Below, one piece after another: positions 26,849 to 36,136 of a stretch of DNA of 59,351 nucleotides. The notes under the pieces are model-generated. The model searched no databases, was not told the origin of the DNA, and saw only the letters and a program-made list of their open reading frames with translations. A program made the translations under genes and the position numbers. Each line of letters starts with the position of its first letter. The first letter of the stretch is position 1. Source of the stretch: a virus; IMG/VR virus record IMGVR_UViG_3300045988_070374; one strand, 5' to 3'.

Positions 26849-27346
26849 ATGATTGTTTATAGACCTCATCGTGGTTCTTTGGAAGATGCCATGAAAGAAG
26901 CAAGAACTTTTCTGAACGAATGGCAAATGAAACAGTATGTTGCAAATAGCTGGAATCTTGCAATCGGAAGAAAAGTACTAGACCCAGAAGATATTATTAT
27001 CGACAGCGAATCAACGGACGATGACCGTGTCGGTTGGAAAAATGTCCACATGGTTTGTGCGGCTCGAATCGGAAATGAAGATTACATGAAGAAGTACGGC
27101 AATCCGCAGTGCATTGGGTATTGTGCTTACGATGTATCAAACGTGCCAATATCAAGCCCGTGGATTTGTGCAAAGAATAGTGTTCCGGGAGATACAGACC
27201 CGCGTGTTATCGGATTTGATGAATCTACCTTCGATATTGTTATAGCAAATTACGATGAGCAGTTCAAAGAGTGGCGGGATGACGAGGGCAGAATCCATAA
27301 CATAACATACTGGATGCCGTTGCCTGAACCGCCTGTGAAATATTGA
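26849..27346 (+). CDS. hypothetical protein with C-terminal DUF551-like end
   Basis: ITYWMPLPEPPVKY tail. Confidence 0.55.
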   Translation: MIVYRPHRGSLEDAMKEARTFLNEWQMKQYVANSWNLAIGRKVLDPEDIIIDSESTDDDRVGWKNVHMVCAARIGNEDYMKKYGNPQCIGYCAYDVSNVPISSPWICAKNSVPGDTDPRVIGFDESTFDIVIANYDEQFKEWRDDEGRIHNITYWMPLPEPPVKY

Positions 27347-27437
27347 AACGGTGGACGACATGGAACAAAAAGTGTTAGGGCACTACGAATTACACTAGTA
27401 TCTCAATGGGACAAGCGGTAACACATACGAAGGTAAG

Positions 27438-27830
27438 ATGGTCTTTCGAGATAAAGATTGGCGTATAAGATATATGCCGAGCCAATGCGTAAAAACAAAC
27501 TATTTCTACTTAAAGAAAATAAAAAATGATTTCAATAGCAAAGGAAAAAAAGAGGGAAGTTATAAAAACATTGCGTGGATAAAATTTTCTGAATTGAACT
27601 GGTTTGAACGAAGAAAACGTCCAAATTGGTTCAAAGTCCAGTTTCTTTCAAATGGTCTTGATAGTTCAAAAACACAATGGTATACAGTCCACGACTTATC
27701 TGACATTGAAGAAAGAAAATATTGGGTTGAAGAAACTCGCCAATACACAATGAAAGAACTTTCAGAGAGAATGCCAGCAGAAGATTTTATCGAGTATATG
27801 AAAGACAGAGGAATAACGATAATTCGATAA
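27438..27830 (+). CDS. hypothetical protein
   Basis: 130-aa ORF followed by a terminator. Confidence 0.55.
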   Translation: MVFRDKDWRIRYMPSQCVKTNYFYLKKIKNDFNSKGKKEGSYKNIAWIKFSELNWFERRKRPNWFKVQFLSNGLDSSKTQWYTVHDLSDIEERKYWVEETRQYTMKELSERMPAEDFIEYMKDRGITIIR

Positions 27831-27836
27831 GCGCAA

Positions 27837-27878
27837 ACACCCCTGCGTAGCCATTAGTGGTTACACAGGGGTGTCGTT
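27837..27878. terminator. Hairpin terminator between convergent genes
   Basis: ACACCCCTG ... CAGGGGTGT followed by cgtttt. Confidence 0.8.
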
Positions 27879-28517
27879 TTACTTATCAGCAATGCAATCC
27901 CAGTAGAGATATGCCTTGCCATCTGCGGCATCTGCGTCCTCAAGGAACGCCTTTGCCATGTCAGCGTAGAAGCCCGGAGTGTCAACGGACTGACGCTTTG
28001 CGACCTGACAATAATCCGAGTACATCATGTTCATGACAGCCCAGAAATCGTTCGGGTCACAGGTAATATTGCGCTGTTTGGCAACGTCCTGCGTCTGCTC
28101 CAGCGTCCAGTGACAGCCCTTCGTACCGTCAGCATTTACCATGCTGTCGCACCATTCCTCCGCTTCATCGTGGGTGAGGTGCTGGCGTGGCATTTTGATG
28201 GAGCGGCTGTCTGCACCGCCACGTTCGTACTGCCCAGACCGCTTGTCCCATTCACCGTTCTGCGAGAAGCCGATTTGCGGCATCTTGCGCCCATACTCTA
28301 CGTCAGGGTAGCGGGGGATAGGGTAGGGGTCGATGTAGCGGTTCTCCTCCTTCGGATAGTAGGGATAGCGGTCGCTGTCACCTTCCAGCTTACGCAGACG
28401 GCGTTCCATCTCACGTTCCCTGCGGTCACGCTCTTCCTCAAGGCGGTCACGTTCCGGCTCACGGTTTTTGTCGTGTTCGCGGAGCATCATCATGCGGCGA
28501 AAATTGTTCTTGCCCAT
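27879..28517 (-). CDS. hypothetical, possibly virion-associated protein
   Basis: 212-aa charged ORF. Confidence 0.6.
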   Translation of the reverse strand: MGKNNFRRMMMLREHDKNREPERDRLEEERDRREREMERRLRKLEGDSDRYPYYPKEENRYIDPYPIPRYPDVEYGRKMPQIGFSQNGEWDKRSGQYERGGADSRSIKMPRQHLTHDEAEEWCDSMVNADGTKGCHWTLEQTQDVAKQRNITCDPNDFWAVMNMMYSDYCQVAKRQSVDTPGFYADMAKAFLEDADAADGKAYLYWDCIADK

Positions 28518-28530
28518 AATCTATACCTCC

Positions 28531-28902
28531 TCAAGAAATGGACGCGGGTGCACCAGCGTGGGAGCGGCAGAAGCAACCAAGATATTTGAACGTTCCGGTG
28601 CCGGTTGCAGACGTTGCAACGCGGGTAGCGTAGCGGGTGCGAGTGTGGATGCTCTCGGCGGTTGCCTGAGCGCAGTTGCAGTCGGTCAGAGGGTATGCGG
28701 TCGTACCTGCGCCGATGGTAATGACCACAGGGGCGTTGATGGTGGTCGTGTCCGGGATGCTCTGGGCAACTACGATGCAATACTTCTCTCCGTTCTGGTA
28801 TGCGCCAGCGGGGATGTTGATGGTCAGCGTGTCATTGGCGAACGTCACCGCATCCGAGATGACGAGGTGCGGGCACAGACGGCAGCTTGTTTTGCAAGCC
28901 AT
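28531..28902 (-). CDS. hypothetical, possibly virion-associated protein
   Basis: VISDAVTFANDTLTINIPAGAYQNGEKYCIVVAQSIP beta-rich pattern. Confidence 0.6.
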   Translation of the reverse strand: MACKTSCRLCPHLVISDAVTFANDTLTINIPAGAYQNGEKYCIVVAQSIPDTTTINAPVVITIGAGTTAYPLTDCNCAQATAESIHTRTRYATRVATSATGTGTFKYLGCFCRSHAGAPASIS

Positions 28903-28920
28903 AATGTTTTCCTCCTAAAA

Positions 28921-28955
28921 AATCAGGGGCAGAGGTGTCTTACCCCTGCCCCGAT
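28921..28955 (-). terminator. Minus-strand terminator
   Basis: ggggcaggggtaagacacctctgcccc then gatttttt on the minus strand. Confidence 0.75.
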
Positions 28956-28987
28956 AGTTCACCCGGTGTTATCGGGGAGTGTGTTGG

Positions 28988-29857
28988 TTAGCAGCCGCAG
29001 CAGTTCACGCCCACGTTGGGGTTTGCCACCTGATAAGCGGGAATCGGACGAGGATTGACACGGTTCAGGATGGTATCAGTCTGCTGGGACATCACGGTGG
29101 TCAGAAGCGCATTCTGACGATCCTGAGAAGCGGCGAACTTGAGGTTCTGGTTCTCAGCGGTCAGGGTGGCGATCTTATCCTGCGTGAAGTAGTCCATCAT
29201 AGCGCGGTAGTTTGCGTTACAGTTGTCGATAACTGCACGGGTATTGTCTGCGATAGCCTGCCGGGTAGCGCAGTCCTCCGTTGCGATGGTGTACTTCAGG
29301 TCGCCGATCAGCTGCTTGTTCTCGCAGCAGCAAGACGCCAGCTGCGTGGCAAGTGCGGTCTGACCAGCCTGCCGTGCGTTGCCCTCCTGCATGATGGCAA
29401 GGTTGATGGCGTTGTCACCGTTGGACACGCTGCGTTCCAGACCGTTCACCAGCTGTGCGTTCTGGTAGCCAAGCTGACAAATGGCACTGTTCACGCCCGC
29501 AAAGCCGTTCGCGATGTTGGCGTTGATGCCATTGATCTGCGCCAGCTGGTCATAGCCCAGAGAGCAGATACCGCTCTGGATGCCCGCCAGAGAGCGGGAG
29601 GTATCCTGCTGGTAGAAGCCCTCAGACAGAGCCGCGCGGGTGTCGTTACCGCCCTGCCCGGTTGCGCCAGTGCCGACCAGATAGGGGATGTAGGCGTTCA
29701 TGCCGTTGTCACCACCGTTCCGGCCATAGCCGTTTGTGCCCCAGCCGAAGATAATGGCGAGGATAATAACAGCCCAAAGACCCTCGTTGCCGAAGAATCC
29801 GCCGTTGTTATTGCCGCCATCCTGCCCAGCCAGATAGCCAGTTGCAAAATCGTCCAT
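28988..29857 (-). CDS. hypothetical protein with Gly/Asn-rich N-terminus
   Basis: MDDFATGYLAGQDGGNNNGGFFGNEGLW... Confidence 0.65.
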   Translation of the reverse strand: MDDFATGYLAGQDGGNNNGGFFGNEGLWAVIILAIIFGWGTNGYGRNGGDNGMNAYIPYLVGTGATGQGGNDTRAALSEGFYQQDTSRSLAGIQSGICSLGYDQLAQINGINANIANGFAGVNSAICQLGYQNAQLVNGLERSVSNGDNAINLAIMQEGNARQAGQTALATQLASCCCENKQLIGDLKYTIATEDCATRQAIADNTRAVIDNCNANYRAMMDYFTQDKIATLTAENQNLKFAASQDRQNALLTTVMSQQTDTILNRVNPRPIPAYQVANPNVGVNCCGC

Positions 29858-29978
29858 AAAAAAACTCCTTTCGTTTTGCGTTATGCCATCCCATCGCCGT
29901 ATGCGATGGGCGAAGCCAAACAAAAGCGGTTTTTGTCAAGTCCGCAAAACTGAGAAGCGTTTCGCTTAGAGGGATGCT

Positions 29979-30230
29979 TTATCGGGGCAGCGTCAGATTC
30001 AGGGCGCTTGCCAGTTGGTTCAGGTCGATGCCACGCTCTTTGGCGAGGTTCTGCGCCATCGTCCTGAGTTGCGCTTCGTTTTTGCCCTGAATCAGGTTCA
30101 AGCCCTGCATAATGGGGGCGCTCTGCCCACCCAACTGCTGGATAAGCCCCATCGGGTTTTGTCCGGCACGAGCCAGATTTGCAAGCTGCATGATAGGGCT
30201 GTGAGTAATCATATCAAACGGAGAGGGCAT
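29979..30230 (-). CDS. hypothetical protein
   Basis: 83-aa ORF. Confidence 0.6.
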   Translation of the reverse strand: MPSPFDMITHSPIMQLANLARAGQNPMGLIQQLGGQSAPIMQGLNLIQGKNEAQLRTMAQNLAKERGIDLNQLASALNLTLPR

Positions 30231-30233
30231 CGC

Positions 30234-30752
30234 TTATTCTCCTTTCTTCGCTGCGGCAGAGGGCTTCGAGAAGCTCTTCTGCCATTTTTCCAGCTCATCC
30301 AGCCGGCGCACGATGGCATCGTACTGATCAACAGGCACATACTGCTGTGTCGGTGCAGCGGTCTGCTGCGCCTGTTGCGCCTGCATTTGCCGCCATGCTT
30401 CCGGGCTGTAAAACTCTAACACGTCAGATTCACAAGTGTTTGGGTTCAGACGTTTGCAGTAGATGACCCCACTACGCAAATCCGGGCAATACGTCCATCT
30501 TCCGTACAGATCAGATGGAATTGCCAGAAATTCCTCCCTGCTGGAAACAGGTCTGCCAAGCAGCCAGCCGCCATCTTGTGCCGACTGCTGAACAGGCTGC
30601 TGCCCATTCATCGGCTGCGGACGCTGCGGCTGCGCCTGTTGCATCTGCGTGTTTGGCAGGGGAGTGGCAAGCCCAACTGTGCCCATGCCGCCGTAAGGAT
30701 TGACAGGCTGCTGCGGAACGTAGGGCGTTCCGGGTGTCGGATAATAGCTCAT
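30234..30752 (-). CDS. Pro/Gln-rich hypothetical protein
   Basis: MSYYPTPGTPYVPQQPVNPYGG... Confidence 0.6.
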   Translation of the reverse strand: MSYYPTPGTPYVPQQPVNPYGGMGTVGLATPLPNTQMQQAQPQRPQPMNGQQPVQQSAQDGGWLLGRPVSSREEFLAIPSDLYGRWTYCPDLRSGVIYCKRLNPNTCESDVLEFYSPEAWRQMQAQQAQQTAAPTQQYVPVDQYDAIVRRLDELEKWQKSFSKPSAAAKKGE

Positions 30753-30979
30753 AATACATCCCTCCTGATGTGACCAGTGTACCGCATCAGCAAAAAACGA
30801 AAGACAACGAACGCACAACGAAGGACAAAAAAGCGCCCACACTGCAAAAGGGCAGCGTGGGCAAAAAATACGTTCAACGGGTATAATATTTTCGAAAAAA
30901 GCTTGATTTTTGCGCCCAGTGAGTGTATATTATAGACAGTGAATGAAATCAAAATCGCACAAAAAAGGAGATAACTACC

Positions 30980-31327
30980 ATGACCAGCTTTGAGACGAAA
31001 AAGAAGATCGTTCTTGCAGGCGACAGCCGCATTTTTAACGACTGGGCTGCCCACTCTACCATCACGATGGACGAGTTTATCTCGGCGCTTCAGTGGCTGT
31101 GCGAGGACGCATTGGACGAAAACGGAAAGCTTACCCGGGAAATCGCGCTTGCTCCCGACCGCATCGTGAAGCTGCGCCGCGTCAACGATGGTCTGGGCAT
31201 GACCGCCTTCTATGAGTATCTCCGCGACAACGGCGGAGATGGAGAGCTGGGCTCTCTCTGGAGCGGTGAGAAGTTCCCTGATGGCTTTGTGCGCAAAATC
31301 AGCCTGTCCGTGAAAGACCGCGTTTGA
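30980..31327 (+). CDS. hypothetical protein
   Basis: AAGGAG RBS upstream; 115 aa. Confidence 0.65.
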   Translation: MTSFETKKKIVLAGDSRIFNDWAAHSTITMDEFISALQWLCEDALDENGKLTREIALAPDRIVKLRRVNDGLGMTAFYEYLRDNGGDGELGSLWSGEKFPDGFVRKISLSVKDRV

Positions 31328-31343
31328 AAGGGAGTGAACAAAG

Positions 31344-31940
31344 ATGGCAACTGCAAAAGAAATTGGAATCGGAATAAAGAATGCGCGCCTTACCGTTGGT
31401 ATCACGCAAGCAGAGTTAGCTCGTAGACTTGGCGTTACACCTCAAGCCATCAGCCAATATGAACGAGGAGAAAAAAAGCCTAAAATTGAAACAATCAAAA
31501 AAATAGCAGATGCATTGGGTGTAAGTTGGTTTCAACTATCTCATCTTGATGATTTGGTTGCTACTTCTGAGGAAAGAGTTTTGGACAAAGAGAAAGTATA
31601 CCAAAGTATAGCGGTTGATTATACTACCGCTGAACTTTTTGTTATGGCTTCTGAACCGGAAGCATCCCGTGTGGCGTTCCTCAACAACGTGACCGTGACC
31701 GTCCCGGACGATGCTTCCGGCTGCATTGATCTGGACGCCGAAAAGGAGCGGCTGTCTATCATCTGGGATCTGGCGCACCTGTCTATGCGGGAGCTGATCT
31801 CCCGCGCCGGAATGTCGCAGACCGCTTTTGCAAAATGCGCGGGCATTCCGCTGCGCACGGTGCAGAACTGGTGTGCCGGAAGCCGGGACTGCCCGGCATA
31901 CGTCCGCTTTTTGTTAGCTGAGCACTACAAGCTGCTGTAA
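31344..31940 (+). CDS. XRE-family regulator with a second C-terminal HTH-like segment
   Basis: LTVGITQAELARRLGVTPQAISQYERGEKKPKIETIKKIADALGVSW and MRELISRAGMSQTAFAKCAGIPLRTVQNWCAGSRDCP. Confidence 0.85.
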   Translation: MATAKEIGIGIKNARLTVGITQAELARRLGVTPQAISQYERGEKKPKIETIKKIADALGVSWFQLSHLDDLVATSEERVLDKEKVYQSIAVDYTTAELFVMASEPEASRVAFLNNVTVTVPDDASGCIDLDAEKERLSIIWDLAHLSMRELISRAGMSQTAFAKCAGIPLRTVQNWCAGSRDCPAYVRFLLAEHYKLL

Positions 31941-31947
31941 AACAAAA

Positions 31948-32015
31948 AAATCCCCCACTTTGCCTACAAAGTACCCCGCGTGGCACGCAGGGCTTCGGCA
32001 AAGCAGGGGATTATT
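31948..32015. terminator. Hairpin terminator
   Basis: aaaaaaatcccccactttgcc ... ggcaaagcaggggattattttttt. Confidence 0.7.
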
Positions 32016-32260
32016 TTTTTCTGCGTCTCCCGCATGATACGCACTGCAAGTAGGCGGGTGGGAGACTAAATTTCGTAAGCTGTGCGCTTGTGCTGACAGA
32101 AATCTTTAGGCCAGACCACACCAGCAATTCATTAAGCGAATTGTCTGTAAATATTATACCACAATTCGTACAAAAAGAAAAGCGGCAGACCCGAAAGCCT
32201 GCCGCTTTTGAATTGCCTGAGCAGAAGCCCAAAACTAATTCGATGCTCACGATTAGTATA

Positions 32261-32545
32261 TCACACATCCAGCATTTTTTCAATGCCTTTCAGCCGGTAG
32301 CCTACCGCCGTCCGGCTGTAATGCGTCTGTGCTGCAATGTCCGGCAGCGGGAGCCGCTCAACGTACCGCAGTAAGGCTATCTTACGGTCAACCCTCCCAA
32401 GCGGTGCGCTTTTGATGGCGGCAGTCATCTGCTGTCGGTCAAGTCCTTGCAGCGCAGCGGGCAGCACTACGCGAGCCGCCGCCACAGGCAGCACCGAGCC
32501 AGAAAGGCTGCGGCAGCTGTCCGGCGTTGCGCACCATATTGCCAA
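32261..32545 (-). CDS. Small sigma-like/ArpU-like HTH protein
   Basis: KIALLRYVERLPLPDIAAQTHYSRTAVGYRLKGIEKML. Confidence 0.5.
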   Translation of the reverse strand: MAIWCATPDSCRSLSGSVLPVAAARVVLPAALQGLDRQQMTAAIKSAPLGRVDRKIALLRYVERLPLPDIAAQTHYSRTAVGYRLKGIEKMLDV

Positions 32546-32667
32546 TGCTGGCGAAACGGTGACATTTTGTCACCATTTTCGTGATGCGCCGAAATTGCTC
32601 TTGTGCGGCGTACATTTTGTTGGTGTCAACAAAATGCTCGTATGTAGTGCTTGCCATGATATCCTCC

Positions 32668-33009
32668 TTACTGCTTTTGTAGCGCCGCCCGTGCCCGGTC
32701 AAAGAAAAACTGGATGACCTTGCTCATGGTCTCTTCCGTGATTGCCCAGCTGACCATCTTGCCCCACTTGCTGTTGTCCAGATAGTGACGCAGCATCTTG
32801 ACGCACCATGCCTTGCGCTCTGCGCCGCGCTTGGTGCCCTGAATCTCACGCTCTGCTTGGTCGATGAGGTCAAGCACCAGCGTCCTGACAACCGCGCCGT
32901 AGCCCAGACGGATAAGCCCCAGCACAAGCGACACAGCGCCCACAACGATGAGCACAAGCGCCAGCCATGCGGGCAGTGGGGTGATAATGGTATTAAGGAT
33001 TGCTTCCAT
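32668..33009 (-). CDS. predicted membrane protein, holin-region
   Basis: LPAWLALVLIVVGAVSLVLGLIRLGYG; adjacent to endolysin. Confidence 0.55.
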   Translation of the reverse strand: MEAILNTIITPLPAWLALVLIVVGAVSLVLGLIRLGYGAVVRTLVLDLIDQAEREIQGTKRGAERKAWCVKMLRHYLDNSKWGKMVSWAITEETMSKVIQFFFDRARAALQKQ

Positions 33010-33382
33010 GATTGGTTACTCCTTTCAGCAGGTAATTGTTAATGTCGGTCTTGCTTTTTAGCATACTTTCCCGGTTGTTGCCGGATAGTTGAGCATCCAA
33101 AAGGTTCTGCACGCCAACGAGGACAAGTCGCATTTCTTCGTCAATGCCGTCAAATCGCCGGAGGTCTCTTGCAAGGGCTTGTGTATGCTGGAGCTGCCCC
33201 TGTTCCAAGGTGCCGACGCGCTTGTCCAGCTCATCCAGCCGCTTGTTCTGCGCGTTGTCCGGTTCCTGTGCCTTCTTGATGTACTTATGGATGATTTCCA
33301 GCACCTTGTCGATCGTGATGGCTGCAGCACACAGGCTGCCCAAGATGCCCAGTACCCACAGCAAAGCTTCTTTTTCAGTCAT
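32993..33382 (-). CDS. holin-like protein with one transmembrane segment
   Basis: EALLWVLGILGSLCAAAITIDKVLEIIHKYI, directly upstream in the lysis cassette. Confidence 0.6.
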   Translation of the reverse strand: MTEKEALLWVLGILGSLCAAAITIDKVLEIIHKYIKKAQEPDNAQNKRLDELDKRVGTLEQGQLQHTQALARDLRRFDGIDEEMRLVLVGVQNLLDAQLSGNNRESMLKSKTDINNYLLKGVTNHGSNP

Positions 33383-34023
33383 TTGCCCTCCCGAAGACGG
33401 GTCAGACCCTTCTTTGCGATGATTTTAGCATAGTCCTTGTAGGGCACCGACAAGTCCACGCCGGAAATCTTGCCCTTGCTGGTGTACTGCCACATCCCGA
33501 AGTTCCAGCCCGGTTCAGGCTTGTGGCAGCGGTAGGCGGCCAGCCACACGTCATACGGCTTGAGCGCAGCACCGGTCATGTACAGGTTATCACGGCCGAA
33601 GTAAAGCCCGGTGTATAGCATGGCGTAAAAGCCCCAGCGCTCCACCGTGCCCAGCGCATGGGCTGCAATGTCCGTCAGGGTCTGCTTGTCGAGCGGTGCT
33701 TGCACATACTTGTCCTCAATGTCAACCGCAACGGGCAGCTGCACCGTTTTACCGGTAAGTACCTTGCGCAGCAGGGCAAGCTCTGCGTCTGTTTCTTCCG
33801 TGTTGACCGCCTTGCAGTAGTAGTACACGCCGCAGGGGATGCCAAGCCGCTGACATTCGCGGTAATTGCGCTCAAAGGTGGGGTCGATGTACGGTTTGCT
33901 GGGCAAGTCCTCTGCGCTGTTGCCCAGCGCCCGCAGCATCACGCCGGAGACAAGGCCGCTTGCCTTGACCTTGTCCCAGTCGATGTTGCCCTGCCAGCGG
34001 GAAACGTCCATGATAGGTCTCAT
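33379..34023 (-). CDS. endolysin, glycoside hydrolase family 25 lysozyme
   Basis: MRPIMDVSRWQGNIDWDKVKASG ... LPVAVDIEDKY ... MWQYTSKGKISGVDLSV. Confidence 0.93.
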   Translation of the reverse strand: MRPIMDVSRWQGNIDWDKVKASGLVSGVMLRALGNSAEDLPSKPYIDPTFERNYRECQRLGIPCGVYYYCKAVNTEETDAELALLRKVLTGKTVQLPVAVDIEDKYVQAPLDKQTLTDIAAHALGTVERWGFYAMLYTGLYFGRDNLYMTGAALKPYDVWLAAYRCHKPEPGWNFGMWQYTSKGKISGVDLSVPYKDYAKIIAKKGLTRLREGK

Positions 34024-34033
34024 ACTCTGCTCC

Positions 34034-34186
34034 TTAATATTTCTCGCCGGTGATCTCTTCGTATTCCGCTGCGGTCAGGCGCTGGGGCTTGCGCTGCACA
34101 AGGATGCGCAGCATAGCCTTAGACCAGAGGCCTGCCTCATACTCGTCTTTTGCTTTGCCAAAGATCGCGCTGTGCTTATCACTCAT
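34034..34186 (-). CDS. XkdX-like small protein
   Basis: MSDKHSAIFGKAKDEYEAGLWSKAMLRILVQRKPQRLTAAEYEEITGEKY, read manually. Confidence 0.55.
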   Translation of the reverse strand: MSDKHSAIFGKAKDEYEAGLWSKAMLRILVQRKPQRLTAAEYEEITGEKY

Positions 34187-34343
34187 GGCTCATGCCCTCC
34201 TTGTCTGCGGCCTCGTCCTCAATGGGAACGTCGGCCAATACGCACAGGAAGTCCACCATAGACGCGATCTGTGCCAAATCCGCGTCCCGGTTCTCGTTTT
34301 CGGCGGCGGTCTTGATGCCGCCAGTGTTGCGAACAATTTTCAT
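34179..34343 (-). CDS. small hypothetical protein
   Basis: MKIVRNTGGIKTAAENENRDADLAQIASMVDFL..., read manually. Confidence 0.5.
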   Translation of the reverse strand: MKIVRNTGGIKTAAENENRDADLAQIASMVDFLCVLADVPIEDEAADKEGMSHE

Positions 34344-35404
34344 GTCGTTATCCCCTCCAGCAGAGTTTTAACGTATTGATCCATGCGCTGCAGCAGCTGC
34401 TGCGAGTTGCCTTTAGCGGCATGGGCTTTCCATGATCCATACTGCTCATACAGGGCAGATGCCGGTTTCTCTCCCGCCTTGATGAGCTGGGCAAGCCGAA
34501 ACAGGCGCTTGCGCTCGGCCTTGACGTTCTGCGGGTCAACGGTCATAACGACCTTGCCCGCCGGGGTCAGGCGGTAGATGAAACCTAGAAAACGGAATCC
34601 ATCCTTTAGTCTGACGATCTTGGTCTTGGTCGGGTGCAGCTCCATGCCATCGGCAGCGTACCGGGCGCGGATCGCCTCCCGCCACTCCTCAAGCTGCGCC
34701 TTGTCGTGGTGGATGATGAGGCTATCATCCATAAAACGGACGTACTTTTTCGCCCGCAGGCGCTCCTTGATGTAGTGATCTATGGGGTCGGGCACCGAGA
34801 TCCCGGCAAGCTGCACCATCTGGCTGCCCGGATTATAACCGGCCTCGCCGGTATATTGACGATCCAGCACCTCACGCACGCGGTTATGCACACTTGGCGG
34901 CAGATGCCGCTCAAAGCAGCGGTTTGCCACGTCATGGGGCATCGTGTCGTAATAGTGCCGGATATCTACCAACAGCACATAGCCATCAGCGCCGTGCTGC
35001 CGGTATTCGCGCTCCATCATGAGCTTGACCTGCTTGCGCGCCCAGTCGGTGCCTTTGCCGGTCTGACAGGCCGCGTTTTGCCGGATGAAACTCCGTGTCA
35101 TTGCTGGATAAACAGCATTGTCGTTGAGAGAGCGCTGGTATACCCTATCCCGAAAGCCATTCGCAACCGCTGTGCGGGGCTTGGGATAGGTGATTCTAAC
35201 TTTGATTGTTGGCCGTGCCTTGTATGTACCTGTCGCGAGCTCCTTTTGGAGTTTCAGGATCTCGTCCATCCGAAACAGGTGAAACCGTCCAACGCTTGCC
35301 TTGCGGCACACGCCTTTGGCGCACTTGCCCTCGGAATTATACAGGGCATCGAACCCGATTATTATTTCTTCTTCTTGCACTGATTTTTTCAGCTCTCCTC
35401 GCAA
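34340..35404 (-). CDS. DGR reverse transcriptase
   Basis: VLLVDIRHYYDTM; DGR-type GSQ segment YNPGSQMVQLAGISVPD; catalytic KYVRFMDDSLIIH; adjacent TR. Confidence 0.93.
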   Translation of the reverse strand: MRGELKKSVQEEEIIIGFDALYNSEGKCAKGVCRKASVGRFHLFRMDEILKLQKELATGTYKARPTIKVRITYPKPRTAVANGFRDRVYQRSLNDNAVYPAMTRSFIRQNAACQTGKGTDWARKQVKLMMEREYRQHGADGYVLLVDIRHYYDTMPHDVANRCFERHLPPSVHNRVREVLDRQYTGEAGYNPGSQMVQLAGISVPDPIDHYIKERLRAKKYVRFMDDSLIIHHDKAQLEEWREAIRARYAADGMELHPTKTKIVRLKDGFRFLGFIYRLTPAGKVVMTVDPQNVKAERKRLFRLAQLIKAGEKPASALYEQYGSWKAHAAKGNSQQLLQRMDQYVKTLLEGITT

Positions 35405-35564
35405 GGATCTGCCGGGTGATAGCGGTCAACACCCCGCAGGGTGGCCACGTCCGGCTGATATTGTTCGTCTGCCAGAGGACAGACATGGCACTCGGCTCCT
35501 TGCACGGCAGTTTTTGCCCGGCCTCTGCTATGCAGGGGCTTTTGTGGGCGTGCTGCCGTCCAAT

Positions 35565-35684
35565 CCGGGGCGCAGCGATTCGCGCCGATGGCGTCCCAGT
35601 TGTTGACGTAGCCGCTGGAGTTCACGTTGAAGGCATTGTAACCGTTGCCACGATTCGCAGAGCGCAGCCGCACATTGCGGCCCA
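35565..35684 (-). repeat. DGR template repeat (TR)
   Basis: 120 bp aligned without gaps to 36188..36307; 12 mismatches, 11 at TR adenines on the coding strand. Confidence 0.95.
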
Positions 35685-35706
35685 TTAGCCTACAGCCATT
35701 TTTATG

Positions 35707-36117
35707 TCAAAGCGCTTTTGCACGCTTTGCATCACTCTCGTGCCAGTCCCGGCAGCGCTGCCGGATATCGCGCACAGTGTTGCCCCAGAAAGAGCACCGT
35801 TTGCCGGAAAGGTGATAGCTGGCTTTCGCCATGTCTATCTCCGCCAAAAGGACGGTGCACAGCCGGACAGCTTGTCTTTGAAGCTTAAAGCGCTCCTCTC
35901 TTTCGTTCGGCTTGTCCAGCCGGAGGTCGTTTGCTCCGAAGATATCAAAAAATATCCGGTCTGCAGTAGCGCGCAGTTGACCGGGAAGGCTTGCGTCAAT
36001 TTCGAGGTCAAACACTTTCGCGTTTTTGGTGATCTGTCTGGTATACAGTGCCAGCTCACGCGCGTCAAGCGGCAGCGTGAATTTATTGTCCGGTATCTGG
36101 TCTTTGCGCATTGCCAT
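35707..36117 (-). CDS. avd: DGR accessory variability determinant (Avd-like)
   Basis: 136-aa alpha-helical basic protein between target gene and TR; position and size match Avd; no search run. Confidence 0.75.
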   Translation of the reverse strand: MAMRKDQIPDNKFTLPLDARELALYTRQITKNAKVFDLEIDASLPGQLRATADRIFFDIFGANDLRLDKPNEREERFKLQRQAVRLCTVLLAEIDMAKASYHLSGKRCSFWGNTVRDIRQRCRDWHESDAKRAKAL

Positions 36118-36136
36118 GGGATAGCACTCACTTTCT

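Noticed and set aside
32439-32702. ORF overlapping the ArpU-like gene
   Set aside because: Out-of-frame overlap of more than 100 bp with a better-supported HTH-containing ORF; may contain a real short upstream gene (MASTTYEHFVDTNKMYAAQEQ...) but boundaries are unclear.
34340-35404. RT as a retron, group II intron or AbiK-type defence RT
   Set aside because: Adjacent TR/VR with adenine-specific differences and Avd-like gene identify a DGR; no intron maturase domain or msr/msd structure seen.
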